A stretch of 64,000 nt of DNA, taken from assembly GCF_009914755.1 (NCBI RefSeq), contig NC_060926.1; one strand, given 5' to 3'. The notes below the pieces were generated by a model. The model worked only from the letters and a program-made list of their open reading frames with translations, was not told where the DNA came from and searched no databases. The position numbers were made by a program, and so were the translations under genes. Below, piece by piece: positions 13,764 through 27,889 of the stretch; the stretch's first letter is position 1, and every line of letters starts with the position of its first letter. This stretch comes from the human T2T-CHM13v2.0 reference genome, Homo sapiens.

Positions 13764-13790
13764 TGTCCTCTCCATTTCTTTGCACACCAG

Positions 13791-13924
13791 CTCATACCCC
13801 AGACAACAGCTTTCTGGGGTTTGTGGTTGAGCAGCACCTGAACTCCAGTGATATCCACCACATTAATGAAATCAAAAGGCAGAACCAGTCCCTTGTGTAT
13901 GGCAAAGTGGATAGCTTCTGGAAG
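13791..13924 (+). CDS. MGAT5: MGAT5 internal coding exon, 134 nt (approx. P416-K460; probably coding exon 10)
   Basis: Branch point CACTAAC at 13757-13763, pyrimidine tract, cAG at 13789-13790, donor AAG|GTGAGT at 13925. The terminal C of the previous exon plus CT gives Pro, then HTPDNSFLGFVVEQHLNSSDIHHINEIKRQNQSLVYGKVDSFWK. The sequons NSS and NQS fit N433 and N447. Not listed in the ORF track. Confidence 0.97.
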
Positions 13925-15005
13925 GTGAGTCAGTCTGTGCGTGTCTCTCTCTCTGAAAAGAAGCTTGTTGGGTAATTTAATTTAACTTTGATCCAGGGAA
14001 TAATCAAGCCAAGTGCCCAGGGCTTAATGGGATCTACTTAGACATAAACAAGAATGTGCAAAGATTCAGTTGCTCAGCATTTGGGTTTCTAACCAAGGCT
14101 GTATGTACCTGCTCTTCTGATAGTGGCTGTACAACAGCCACCTTCACTCTCTGCATGTCAGAAGGGACACATTCTAGCTGCTTTTTCACACCTTGTACTT
14201 GCTTCTGAGAGCCAGGGCCCTCCAGGGGTTGAATATCTTTCTGGAGCAAGATACTGCACAGGGAGAAACTTTACCAAGGGAGTCTTTCCCTCTGCTTCTG
14301 GGAGGTAGTCTGTGGAGGTAGGCAGTTCCCTTTCCTGGGAAATGCAGTGGGCTTCACATCCTCTTGGCTATAGTCACTACTCACCTGACGTAGAAAGTAA
14401 ATTCTTGCTGGGGCTGACTGTAGGCACTTTGTTCAGGGAGGTCTTGGCTGAAACAGCACTCTTGGCCACAGACCAAACCAAGTCCTCCAAAAGCATTGGG
14501 CCCCTTGGCCCTCCTGAGTTGATTTCCTGAGTACATTTGGGGAAAGTATAACAGGAGAGGAACCAGATTGGATGTGACCTGTTGACAGGTAATGCAGATC
14601 TTTTTATGTGGGAAGTCTGCCTCATTGGCCAAATGTCATAATTTTTTTTTGAGGAAATGTTTTTAGAAGATAGAAGTCTTCAGGATCTCACAACATGCCT
14701 CTTCCTAAATGTAAGAATTCATTGCTTTCTTGAATGATCACAGACTGTGGTCTCATGTTTCTTGCTAGCCAAGGAAGTTAGGAATCCTACAGCTGAGGGA
14801 GTACAGGTGATGTACAGGATAAAGAATTCCTTGGTACTGCTTTTCTGACCCTGTGTTCAGAAAAGGAAAAGCAGTGCCCTACCCCTCAGCTCTAAGGTAC
14901 TAACTACACCAAAGGGATGATGAGATCAGCCCATCTCCAGGGAGGCAGATTTAATTCCAGACAACTCTTTGTCTTAAACAGCTAGACCTTTGTCTTTGTT
15001 TAGTA

Positions 15006-15218
15006 CAGTAGTTCTCAACTGCAGACGATTTTATTTACCGATTCCCCTCTGCCCAGGGAACATCTGACAGTGTCTGGAGACAATTTTGGTTGTGATGTCT
15101 GGTCAGTGGTGCTACAAGCATGTAGTGGGTAGAGGCCAGGGATGCTGTACATGTCCTACAATGAATGGGATGGCCCCTGGCACAAAATACCAGTAATTCC
15201 AAAGGTGGAAAACCCTCG
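15006..15218. mobile_element. MER20 DNA transposon
   Basis: cagtagttctcaact...tgtctggagacaattttggttgt...tagtgggtagaggccagggatgctg. Confidence 0.85.
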
Positions 15219-15733
15219 GCTGGTAAGAATGTTTCCTATGTATGTTATACCATACTTTGTTGCCTCAAGTAAAATGAAAGTCAGTCTAGATTGTAAATGG
15301 CTATCGAAGATGGTCCCATAAATTTGTGTTGCTTTCCTTGTATAAAAATGTGTCCTGTGTTGATAGTGCATTTTCCAGCTGACTTTCAGCCAAAGTTGGG
15401 TTAAAACAGGCATATTGGGTGTTCTCATGCTCAGCTTGTTTGTGAAATTAATGGTTTACGGCATTGGTTTTAGGAGGACTGTGGCTTTTAAAGAAAAGCC
15501 TCTGTATCTGCTTGAAGAAGATAGCTTGCATGTCCGTGTGGGCTTAATATTGAAATTATATCACTTTGTTTTGGGGCCAAGTGCAACCACCTCCTAGCAC
15601 TCTCTGGCAACTTTTTCCCTTTCCCTAGAAAAACAAAACAATAAATTGGTTCTGAAAGATTTTGGTCACCTGTTTTAGATAAATTAATATTGCCACTAAA
15701 AGGGTGACTTTTCCATGCCAGTAGGAATTCCGA

Positions 15734-16026
<293 letters not shown>

Positions 16027-18139
16027 GGAATCCCAAAACCATTAACCATGTTGCTCAAGTGATCTGGAGTGAGATTTAGAAATCCTTCCAGATTTTGAGG
16101 TGTGAAAACTCCATGGGTGCCCAAGCTTCTGTGTACCTGTGCTGTGCAGCACCTAAAGATTATAAAAGGTTGGGTTGCAGTGTGTCCACATTCATCTTTG
16201 CCTGAGTAATAACTCCCAAAAATCCTGGGTGTTATTTCAATTTTATTACATCCAGCATTCTGTGCTGGAAAAAGCCCAAAAGATGAAAAATCCTATAAAG
16301 TTTTCACATGAATTCAGGACATCTTCTCCAACTCTAGAACACGGCACAGTATGTGAGAATTTAGTTTCTTTTTCCAAAGCTTGTGCGTCCTGGAGTATTT
16401 AGTGAATGCACACAGAAAACCAATGTGCCTTTTAAGTGAGATGTTACTCCAACCGCATTTCTAAAGTTACGTTCAACATAGGCTTTAGCTAGCAGGATGT
16501 TTTATCAGTCGTCTTCCCTATCTTGTTCTTGTGTCCCATTCCCCTCTCCCCTACCCAATCCCGATTCACCTCAGAGAGCTTCAGGAAGGGAAGTGGCACC
16601 TTTGTGTCCTGGGAGGTTTAGGATTGCAACTGGAGGATGTGGGAGGGCACAATTTGGACCAGATGACTTTGGAAGGTCTTCCTTCACCTCAGATTGTAGG
16701 ACTTTAAATTCTGAAGATTCCTGCTGTGCCATAAATCCTGCTTCACTCTTCCCACCACCCTCCTTCTTGAGGGAATCTCCCTACTCACCTCGGCACTTAA
16801 GTGGGAAATGCAACCATGTAACTCCCTCCAATGTTGGCTGATTGGACCCTGGAGTTGTCCTCTGACCCAGTGCAGTCCAGCTTTTTGGTGGCTGGAACTG
16901 TAATTCTGGCTCAGAAAACTGAGCTGCATCAATGAGATTCTTCAGTTCATGTTGGAAAACAGAGTCACTGAGAGTGAGCCATGTTAACAGAAATCAAAAA
17001 AATGCGTCTGTGGCAGGAGGGCGAGGCGGAAGCCTTCCAGGAGTCCACATGATGAAGCAGGACCAATGTTGACAGGGAGAGGGTGCTGTTGAGAGGATAA
17101 TGCATTCCTCCACAAGGAGAGGCACCACCCTGACAGAATTAGGGTGCAGTGGAGGGCCTGATAGAGTGGAAGACACAGATAGAACTCCTGCAGCCTGGAG
17201 AGAAAGAGAAAGTAGCTGCTGGAGTTTCTGGCAGCTTTCTTTTCCCAGATTATATATCCTTTCTCACACTCTGGTCTTGCAGTATCTAAGTACTCTGTTC
17301 CTATAGTCATATCAACATACTTACTAAAATACTAGATACTAAATGCCTATCAAGAAAAACAAGTGTATTAAATATACAAGCTAAGGAGGAGCGGGCTTGT
17401 CCTTTAATATCCTGTCCCCAGATTCATGACCAAGGTACTCAATGGTCTTGTCGTGATGTTATAGTACATGGTGGGGAGGTTGAGGTGGGGAGGGGAATCT
17501 TGCCGTCAGACTCCAGAATCCCAAGGGCATCAACTTAGGAACCACCTCTGCCCAAGCCCCTTAATATCAAATGAGACTACTAACAGCCTAATCCCAAATA
17601 GAAGTCTCTCTTCTTAACTCAGGAAGCTGCAGTTCTGGGTCCCTGATCTCTACCTCTGAGGCCATCTAATCATTCGCTCCTGCTAACACTAGAGATGTAC
17701 CCAGAAGAACAGCAATCTGTCCAGTATGGTCAATTTCAAAATCCTTCTACATTCTTTTAAATAAAGTCATCAGAGAATGGAAAATTGGTCAACTTTGTAA
17801 AAAGAGATTTTTGAAATATGGGAATTGAAGTGTTAACTATATTACTTTAATTTCTGTGTTTCTTTAAAAATAGTATACTGAGCATAACTGAATCTTCAAG
17901 TGATGGTGCAGGGTTAGTATCTTATGTATTCATGATCCTACTATGATCTTAATACAAGATAATACATGATCGCCGCTAAGGTAAATGTCCTGGAGGCCTT
18001 TCTTTGACCACGTCAGGAGAACAAGAGTTGCCTCTGAATCACACATTGGGGTTCAGACTTGCAACTTAACCACATGTAAGGTGGTTGACTGTCCTGAGCC
18101 TCAGGTTCCTAGCCTGTAAAGTTGCGGCAGTAATAGCTG

Positions 18140-18292
18140 ATGGCTTCTCAGCCTTACTAATGCACACATCACCTGAGGATCTTGTTAAAATGCAGACTCT
18201 GGTTCATACCTGGGATGAGACGGAGACTCTTTCTCACAAGCATCCAGGTGATACCGGTGGGCTGTTGGAAGAGCATGCTTTGAGCAGCAAGG
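18140..18292. mobile_element. MER5-family DNA transposon (next to a MIR fragment at ~18010-18135)
   Basis: atcacctgaggatcttgttaaaatgcagactctg...ctttgagcagcaagg. Confidence 0.7.
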
Positions 18293-18888
18293 TCTTAGGA
18301 TAGGTGGGATTTGTACAATGTGTGGTACAAAGTAGCTGACCAATTCGCAAATAAATAACTCCTCTTTTCTATTTATCTTTGTCTTCCTGCTGCTTTTATC
18401 AGACTGCTGCCTGTCACTTTTTGCTACTGTAGGTGCCTAGTTCAGTCACCCTCATTCCTACTTTGATATTTGCAGACCTTGCTACTTCTAATCTCTGCCA
18501 CTTAGCCCCAAGAGCCAGGTAAAGCTGTGGTGAGCAGTGGGCTCTGAGAGGAGGTGAGAGGCACAGTGTCTTCCTCGTGTCCTGCTGTCCTGGTTTATAC
18601 ATTCAGGTGCCCCTGGGCAGTGTGATCAGGAGCATAGACTTGGAGATAGATGGCTGGGTTCAAATCCTGACTGGGCCACCAGCTGCCTAAGGTTGGGTAC
18701 ATTACTTAGCTGGGGCACAGTAAGTCTAAATACATGTTTGCTGCTCTTACTAATATCATTATTGGGGCCAGATAGGAAATGCTGCAGTGGGAATTGGTGG
18801 GGATGTGAGCCAGGGAGTTCTATCCTATGAGGAAATGGAAAATATAAGCCTGTCCAAAGATACTCAAATTCTAATTCTTAGTCTATGT

Positions 18889-19103
18889 AAGTGGTTGGCG
18901 AACTCTAGACTGTGGACCAAATCTAGCCCAACATCTGTTTTTGTCAATTACATTTTACTGGAACATGGCCATGGCCATTCCTTGTCCGTGGCTGCTTTTG
19001 CACTAAAATTATAGAGTTAGATAATTGTGGCAGACTGTGTGACCCACAAAGCCTTAAAATACTTACTCTCTGGCCTTTTCTGGGAAAAGTTTTCTGACCC
19101 CTG
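18889..19103. mobile_element. MER58A DNA transposon
   Basis: ggttggcgaact...ccaaatctagccc...gtggctgctttt...tctggcccttt-like...ctgacccctg. Confidence 0.85.
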
Positions 19104-19469
19104 AATTATGCCACGTCCCAAGTAAACCAGCTCTCTCTCAGAACACATTGGCCAACAGTCCCTGGCATTGATCTCATCAGAGGTCTTTCAGGGTTCTTGA
19201 TTGTATTCTTCTGTATGATTGAGGCTGGTGGATGGCCAATATGTGGAAAAGTGAAGTGTAACTTAACTGAAATCCTGATCACTCTAGAGATGGAGCTCCA
19301 GGCATTGAGCCTGGTACCTCTTTGTAGGCATTCAGCAAAAGCTAGTGCTTATTTAGTAACTAATGCATTGATAATAAAGGAGTCGTGAATCTGCACAGTG
19401 TTTCTGCTTCTTGGAGCCCTTCACAGCCATCATTTAAGGTGGTACAGGCTGATGCCTTTTAAGGAAGCA

Positions 19470-19600
19470 AGGGCAGCTATTATCTTCCTTAACCATCCTG
19501 GTGTGTAGATGAGGAGCTGGCTCAAGGAGGGGGAGTGACATGGCCAAGTCCTACAGCACATGACTGGCAAAGCCAGAACCAGGGTCAGGCTCTGACCTCT
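19470..19600 (-). mobile_element. MIR fragment
   Basis: gtagatgaggag...ggctcaagg...gtgacatggccaagtc, antisense MIR core. Confidence 0.5.
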
Positions 19601-20079
19601 CCTCTTGGAGACTTGCCTTCCTGCTGCCAGTTGTTCCATGGAGCTGCTCCACTGCCACTACCCTGGAGGGAGTGAGTCTGTGGTTACAGCAGGATTCTAA
19701 AGCTAGGAAGGAAGGTCTCTCTGGGTGAGCTAAGTGTACAGCAGAAGCCCTGAGCAAATACTGGCATCACAGGTAAAATGTTGCTCCTGGCTGCCCACCG
19801 CAGGATCGCCAAGTCAGCGACAGCCTTGCAGCCAGTTCTGTAGAGTGAGTAAATAAGCCTGATATGAGCATTTCAAATAGTTTCCAGCTCCAGACCCTAG
19901 GGCCTGATGTGGTCCAGCCCTCGCCTGCCTTGGCAACAACCAAAGTCAACCAGTCTTAACTGAATTTGAAAAGTTCCTTTTTATCTAGACTTCAAAGACT
20001 TTGTGGTTTTAAAGCATCCCCTGAAATGACACATGATCCCTTTCCTATATGCCTGAGAAATCAGGCAGCAGAACTTTCA

Positions 20080-20673
20080 GAAATGTGATCCCACTTCCCC
20101 TGCTCCTGCCCTTTTCTACTTCATTCTCCATACAGCAGCAGCCAGAGTGATCTTTTCTAAAATGCAAACTGAATCGTGCTACTCCTTTGCTCAGACTCTC
20201 CAATGACTTCATTTCACACTTAGAACACCTTACATTTACAGTGAAATCCAGTCTGGGTAGTGTGTTTTAGCGAGGCTCTCTGCAAGCCAGCCACTCCTGC
20301 TCTGTACCTACTCCTCTCTGGCTCCTGGGCTGTAGCCACAAGGGTCCTGTGTGTCACCCATTCCACCAGGGGCCACCACCCTCCTTAATGGCTGCTGCCT
20401 GTCCTGCTCACCCCAACTGGAGCCGCCAAGACCACCCTGTTCCACACTTGTGCCCTCAGCCAGATGTCACCCCTCCCCCTCCCTAGCACAGCACCCTGTT
20501 TATTCCCTTTATATCATTTGATTCATCTTGTAATCATATAATTATCTTTTTTTTGTCAATCTCTCTTCCTTACTAGACTATATGCTCTGTGAGAGTAGGA
20601 ATTGCACCTGCTTTGCTTACCCAGCTGCCTGGCACGTGGTAGGCACTCGGAAACTACTTGATGACTGAATGAA
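20080..20673 (+). mobile_element. L2 3' fragment
   Basis: gcagccagagtgatctttt...cctggcacgtggtaggcactc...tgaatgaat. Confidence 0.75.
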
Positions 20674-21019
20674 TCTCCCCTAAGTTTAGCTTAAATTACT
20701 GATTTATCTGTGGAACTTGGGATACAACTTGGAATGCCTTCTGCCTAGAACATTTCCCTGTGTTCTTTGCTGACCCCAGGGAGACCAGGAAGAGGGAGTC
20801 TGGTAGAAAAGGAACAGAGCTACACATGCAAATTCTACAGACCACATAGAGGCTTCAAAAGTTTTTCTAAACCTCTTGTGAGATTAGCAGGGAGATGGAT
20901 GGGAACAAGATACTGCACAGGGAAATGGGAACCTGGCTCTGGGCCAGCTCTGCTGTCATATGATTGGGACAGGCCACTCCAGCCTCAGTTTCCTCACTTG
21001 CATAAATGAAGGTATTGGT

Positions 21020-21242
21020 TTAAAAAAAGAATGAATTATTATACACAACAACATAGATGACTTCAAAATAAGAGGAGCATTTATTCTGTTTGATTCTGTA
21101 TATATTATACATATAAAACTCTAGAAAATGCAAACCAATCCATAGTGACCAAAAAGAGGTCATTGGTTACTTAGGGAGGGGAGAGGAGGAGAGATGGATA
21201 TGTTTGCTGTCTTGGGTGTGGTGATAGCTTTATGGTTTTTAC

Positions 21243-21244
<2 letters not shown>
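21020..21244 (+). mobile_element. L1ME-type 3' fragment
   Basis: aaaaagaatgaattatt...aaaactctagaaaatgcaaaccaatccatagtgac. Confidence 0.55.

Positions 21245-21292
<48 letters not shown>
21245..21292 (+). repeat. (TG)24 microsatellite
   Basis: Perfect dinucleotide run. Confidence 0.98.
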
Positions 21293-21296
<4 letters not shown>

Positions 21297-23499
21297 ACAG
21301 ACTTTTATGTGTTCCCATAAAGTCTAGAAATTTGCTATCTTATCCTTTACGGAAAAAATTTGATGACAACTGGATAAGATCAATCATTATTCACCTGTGT
21401 GTTTTCAGAGCCCTAGGGTCTGCTATTATAGGAGGTCGAGGAGCAGCCACACAGGATGGGCCCTGTCTCAACAGAGCAGTTCTAATATATCTGTGGCATA
21501 GATTTGGCTTTTGGCTTTCCAGTAAGATTTAACTGGGGAAAAGGGTGGTTAAAGTCTCAGACTAGGTGACTGCTGCATCTGAGATAGAATCCCATTCTGA
21601 AAACTATGTAATTATCTAGCTTGCTAATTTGGTTGACTTGGGCTTAGTTTAAATTAATGCAAAATTGGGAATGGGAGTCATTTGGAGAAATGCCATTTTA
21701 TTTCATAGTAGGAATTAACTGCTCTTAGCTCATTGTTTTAATGAACCACCCAAGACCTTTGTAATTAAAGAATGTACTGAAACCCTTGAAAAGAACACAT
21801 TTTTGTAAGTAGATTAAACCTTGTCATTCTGTTTTGTTCTTCAGGCTACTTAGCCAAGCTTCTCTGCCCAGATGATGTAGAGATAAATAAACCAGATAAA
21901 TTTAAACCCACCCTAACTCAAATTGGCATATATTTTGAAATAACAAAGTTAGAATCAGTTTTGTTGGATTTACTGGAAAGTCTGATGTGATCATAGCCAT
22001 TTGTTCTGGTTCCAACCAGAAGAACATTAAAAATTAGAAAATAATGTGTCTCCTGCTTATTTCCCCTGGGGTAAAAGTCAGAAAAGATCTTTTCATGATC
22101 CCTTGGAGATGGCGCTTGCCAGAGGCAGGGAGGAGTGTAGGCATCAGTGGAGATGGTGAGCCCCCAGGGGCAGCCACTCACCAAGCCATGGTTACCTGTG
22201 CCTGTTTTGTGCCTAGCACATGATAAAGGGCACTCACATCACAGAGCCTGTTCTCTAAATTCAAGGATAAGATTGGAATAGGCAAGGGAGGAACAGAGGA
22301 GAAATAAAATGCAAAGGGAAACATCAGAAATGAATCATTAGCTTTTAAGATTCCAAGAGCCATGATCCAGGAACCTTAAGGATTTATTTTAATGGGTGTT
22401 GGCTGCATGCTGACTATAACATAACCCCATGTGGCATCCCCTGTGTAAGCGTGTCAGTGTTTGCTAAGTGTATGTGAGTAGGAATAAGTGTGGAACTAGG
22501 AGCCCATGGGACCCGGGGGTAGCCTTACCCGATGTCATCACCCTACTGGTCCATTCCCTGTTTCAGCAAGCTTTATGCAATCGTCTTAGATCCATGAGGT
22601 TTCCTTGTCACACATTCTTCTTGTACCCATTTCAACCCAGAGACACTGATTGGACATGGTGTAGAGGAGTTGGAGGCGGCTTGGGTGGCAAAGGAGATGC
22701 CCGGATTCTCATTTCCGTTGAGCCATTTATTGGGTACGTGTCCTCTGAAGTCATTTGCCCTCTGGGTCTCACTTTCCTTATCTGGCAGCCCTCCCAGCAG
22801 CTTTCTGAAATCTGTGAGGTTTCAGAAGAAGCTTTTGAGTTGAATAACGAGTTCCACGTTCCAGGCCAAGTCATGCTTTCAGTCTCCTGTTTAAAAGTCT
22901 ATCAAGTTTTGGGGCATAAGGGTGGGAGGAAAATAAAACCAAGGCCCCTTTGTCAGCATACAGCTTCAGTAGATACCCCAAATTCTTGAAATCTGTATAG
23001 CAGACTGCTGGTTTTTTCTCCTTGTCAGAGCCCAGCCCACTGACACTTTACAGTTGACAGCCCAGCCCAGATATGGGCCGCTGTGGCTTCTATCGAATCA
23101 TGCTTGGGATTGCCACAGTTTTCTTCTTTGGATTGGGGCTTGAGGTGGTTGGGAAGAATGCATGCCAACCAGCCCTGCATCTGGGACTTGGAGCCTGTCA
23201 GCTCCCTGCTCTTTGATAATGGAATAGTCTGTGGACTTCTTCCCATTTGTGAGAGAAAACTCCCCCTTAGAACTCAACTGGTAGAGCTTCTCATAGCTTA
23301 CAGTTCCAAGCAATAGCTTGGTTGTAGGTCCAGGCAGGACTCTGACATGGCCCTCTGGAATAGCATTGATGTGTTGGGTTCTTTGCTAAGATGATTTCCA
23401 GTCTGTGTTCCAGGGAGATTCAGGAAAGCTGAAGTTCATTCTTAGAACCTAGGTCTGTGTTTGTTGTTTTGTTTTGTTTAAAAAAAAAAAAAAAAACCT

Positions 23500-23650
23500 T
23501 GCCTGATCTTAAGTGCCAGCTGGGAACTTGTTCAGCATCCACATGCCAGGGCCTCTTGTCACCCTCATTTAGTTAGAATTTCCAGGGGAGGGACCAGGAA
23601 ATCTGTATGCTCCAACAGGTGCTCCAAACAGGCAGGCTTGGGAAATGCTA
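23500..23650. mobile_element. MER5-like DNA transposon fragment
   Basis: gggaccaggaaatctgtatg...caggcttgggaaatgct. Confidence 0.45.
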
Positions 23651-26157
23651 CACTAGGTAGCCACCCATTTTCCTTGTTCAGAAAAACCTTAATCTCTTCC
23701 TGTCCATGTGTGGTATATGGCTGCCATGTAGCCAGCAACCACATCAGGCTGTAGAAGACACTTGCTATTCCTTTGTTTTACCTCGGTTGCATCCAGTGCT
23801 CCGGGCCTTTGCTTCCCAGTACAGCTGACCAACCACACGGCTTCCAAGGACTTGCCCCCTTGTTTCCATGATAACAGCCAATCGCATAAATCCATGTGGG
23901 GTGCAAAACATGGTTATGGGTTTCAGTGATATATCTCTCAAGAATGCTTATCTTTTAACCCAGGAATGCAAATAAAAATTTGTATGAATTTTAGATCTCT
24001 TAAAGCACTGTCTCGTAGCCTCTTGAAGCATGTGTCTATTTTACAGGTGATAAAGCCTCAGAGACATTTAGAAGAAACAGTCCACCTTTAGGATAAGTCA
24101 TACTCTTCTCAGTGTCCCTCCTTTCCTGTGACCTTTACACTGTAGAGCTAGAGCAGGCCACTCATGGTACAAATGTTTGAATGATGGATGATAGAATCTT
24201 AGGCCTTTGTCGAAGGTGGTTAGGGAGGTGTTCCAGAAGCCTGGGAATGGAGAGTAGTTTTCTTGGTGCCCCCGCATGAAAACCACTAGCCAGTTGCTTA
24301 TTGCGTGGGTGGCTGGCAGCCCTCCCAGCAGCATAAACAGCTAAGTGCAAATCACTGCAGCTGTGAGAAGAAAACATACAAGACTGCTGTCCATGAAAAG
24401 AGGCCCTTGGTGCTCAGCAGAGGGTCTCCTGCGAACGCCAGGGCTGGCTTGGGAAGCTGGAGGCTCAGGCAGCCAGTGAACATCCTGAGGGTGGGGCACT
24501 TCTGGAAGGTTCCAAATCACTGCCTTCCTGCTCCAATAGTGCTGGGATGAGTTCATTTGTAGCTCTTAGTAAACACAGCTGTTGTGGTTGTAATTTGCCT
24601 GGAGGCTTTTTACTATTACTCCAACCCTAACAGTTTGGCAGCCGATATGGGAGCTGCGGTGTTGAGGGATGGGAAAAGAAGTTGCTATCTGAGAGCAAAG
24701 AGAGATGGGTGGCAGCTGCCCATGGACAGAAGCCACCAAGCAAGTGCAAGTGTGTGGAAGCTGTTCTCCATGGACAAGGAGGAGGCAGCGTCTCACATAG
24801 TGACCCAGGGGCCTTTGGTGCCCAGAAGATGAGCAGTACAGGGAGAGAAGTCAGAGGACCTGTGTGGAAGGCTGTTAGAAAAGCATTGCAAGATTGTTTC
24901 CCTCAAGTGAGGAAAGGGTTGACAGCGCGTTCTTGAAGGGAGACAGAACTGTAATGCCTCTGAATTTGAAACAGTCTGAAAGGCATGGTCTTCTGAATGT
25001 TATTGGGCACAGATTTATAAGAATGAGGTAATTGTGTTGATTATGCGATTTTCCACCTAAATAGAACCTTATTAAAATATAGCTTGTAGGAAAACAGAGT
25101 TTGGATTAGATTTCTAGGCATAGTCCATATTCTAAGAGCATGGTGACAAATTGAGGAGATAGACCTATACTGGTCCATCCCAGACAGCAGGTTGCTGGGC
25201 TGGCAGGAGATCGCCTCACTGTTCAATACTGAGATACCGGGGTGCTCCTTCCAGTGTTCCCACAGAGCTCCTCGTGGCATCTCAGCCCTCCTGAGGCAGT
25301 GCAGTCCAGGCATGGAGAGACAGTCAAGGGCACTGCCACCCTCCCAACTCGATGAAGCCTTCTCAGCTGGGGAAGGAGAACTGGGGGCTTCATTTGGTTC
25401 AAGGGTGAAAATCCCTGAGGTTGCTCCAGCTTCATCTTGGGAGAATAATGTTCATTCCTCGTCAACACTGCTAGAGGTTCAGACACACCAAAAATAGGAT
25501 GCCTTGGAATGAGTTCTCTATGGTCCTTATCAACCATTGTTTAAAACATCAGCCAATGGAGCAAAATCACAGCAGTAGAAGGAAACAGAAGTGTGTGTAG
25601 ATTTCTGCCTTTTACTTGGAGAGAAAAGCAAAGTTAGTTGTATGATTTTAAAATGGAGGTGGAGAAGCAAATCTTAAATCTGGGAAGGGTGGGGGATTCA
25701 TATAAGCCAGTGGAATGCATTGGGCCAGTTGAAGGAAGTCTGACCTCTTTCCGGTGGCTGTTTACACATACACAAGTATATGAAGTGTTAGTATGGATTT
25801 GCACCTGGGGGCTTACCATGCCAGTTGGAATACTTAAATTTTTGATAGACGTGAAAATCATGAGATTTACCCTGTGGAACCTTCTACATCAGTGCAGATC
25901 CATGTCATAAACACCTTGAAACATAGGCCCTGCAAGAACAGAGCTTGTTGATGGAGTTTTATATAAAAAACACAGATTGGGAGCAGACTTTACAATGTGG
26001 AATATTTGTTGGAAGCAGATTTCAACCTTCAATTGCAAGAAAGGGTATTATGGCATTGAGAATCGGTGATAAACCAACTTAGAAATTATTTTTAATATAT
26101 TTGCTTCTAAAGTCATGTTTAGCATCGATACACAATTCTTTACTTAAATAAAAATCA

Positions 26158-26495
<338 letters not shown>

Positions 26496-26654
26496 GGATA
26501 AATCGAGACTCTTGCTCTAGTCTCGAGGGACAGCAGAGCTCCAGGGAACGCTGGAGTTATCCCTGCTCAGTTGTAATTTGTACTGCTGGCCAGCCTTTGA
26601 TTCTCTCCCTCTTGATTCTGTTTTTGATAGATTGAGCTCCTTGAGGAGATGATA

Positions 26655-26800
26655 ATGGCTGACATTTTAGTGCTTCCTGTGTTCCAGGCATGGCCTTCAC
26701 AATGACTATGAAGTAAATACTATTATTAACCCCACTTTTGAGTGAAAGAACTGAAGCAGATAGAGGTAAAGGTTCCTCAGGTGGTCAGGATTTGAATTAC
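26655..26800 (-). mobile_element. MIR fragment
   Basis: ctattattaaccccactttt...aactgaagcagatagaggtaaa. Confidence 0.55.
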
Positions 26801-27795
26801 ATTATGTATTGTAGCCAACACACTGGACTACAAGGAATGGATTCTCTCTTGGTAATTTCCTCCTCTGTCTCCAACCCATCCTCTCAAATCCCAAAAGCCT
26901 AAATAAATACATTTATGTTGGTGTGGTACTGATTTCAAGGAAAGGTTCTGTACGGTTCTGTGTGGAAACCTGAAATCCACTATGCAGAGTAGTGAAACCG
27001 AAATGGGCTACAACTGTTTGCCTTTGTTCCAAAACAAGTGAAACAAAGCTTTATTCTAAAGATGAAATGTGTTGGTTTTCAGTTTTCACTGCATGTGATT
27101 CTTGTCATCCAGAACCAATTATTAGGAACTTACTTGCGTATCAGGACTTCAAAAGATATGTCTGCCTTTAGAGAGCTTGGAGAGCAGAAATACCGACTTG
27201 GTCAAGGGAAAAATGAGGGAAATTTTTAAATGAAGTTAAAAATTGGGTGGTAGAGCATATCTCTTGAGCCCAAATGGGCTTTAAGGGAAAAGGCAGGAGT
27301 GATTGTCCACATGTGGGTTGGGGGGATTTCATCTCACTTCCCTAATTATGTCAGAGCACATCTCGTCAACTGGAGAGGGCCCAGAAAGTCAGTAGTGCTG
27401 GCTTTCACCAAGTATTTTCATCTTCTTCCAGGCTGCTGGGGGTGTTTCATGACCACAGAGGTGAGAGTCAGTACAGGGCTGCCCCAGAGGGTCCTGCAGG
27501 TTGTCCCCAGGCACTCCAGAGAGTAACATTGCCACCATAAGGAATTAGTAGAGCAATGTACAGCCCTGTTGATCCAGACCAGTTAGTGATCTTCCAGGTT
27601 CTCAAGGCGTGCTAAGGTTTGGCCAGGCCTCCAGATGGTGCCAGCACACCGACAATGAATAATGAGGAGCTTCCCAACAACCCTATAAGGCAGCAGCACT
27701 CTCTGTGTTTTTCCAGGAGGAAACCAGGCTCTGGGAGATGTGGAATTTTAACCTATTGCCTAAGAGAGTCTTCACTGAAATACTCAATTCAAACG

Positions 27796-27889
27796 CTCCC
27801 TTTTCATTCTTTCTCTTTCTTTCCCTTTCTCCTTTTCTCCTTCTTCCCCTTCCCTCACTTCTCCTCCTTCCTCTTCCCTCCTTTTCTTT
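27796..27889 (+). repeat. Polypyrimidine (CT-rich) low-complexity tract
   Basis: About 90 nt that is almost entirely C/T. Confidence 0.9.

Larger units (their letters stand above)
1442..13790 (+). other. MGAT5: MGAT5 intron (12,349 nt, GT-AG, phase 1)
   Basis: Bounded by the GT donor and AG acceptor of exons that join in frame. Confidence 0.93.
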
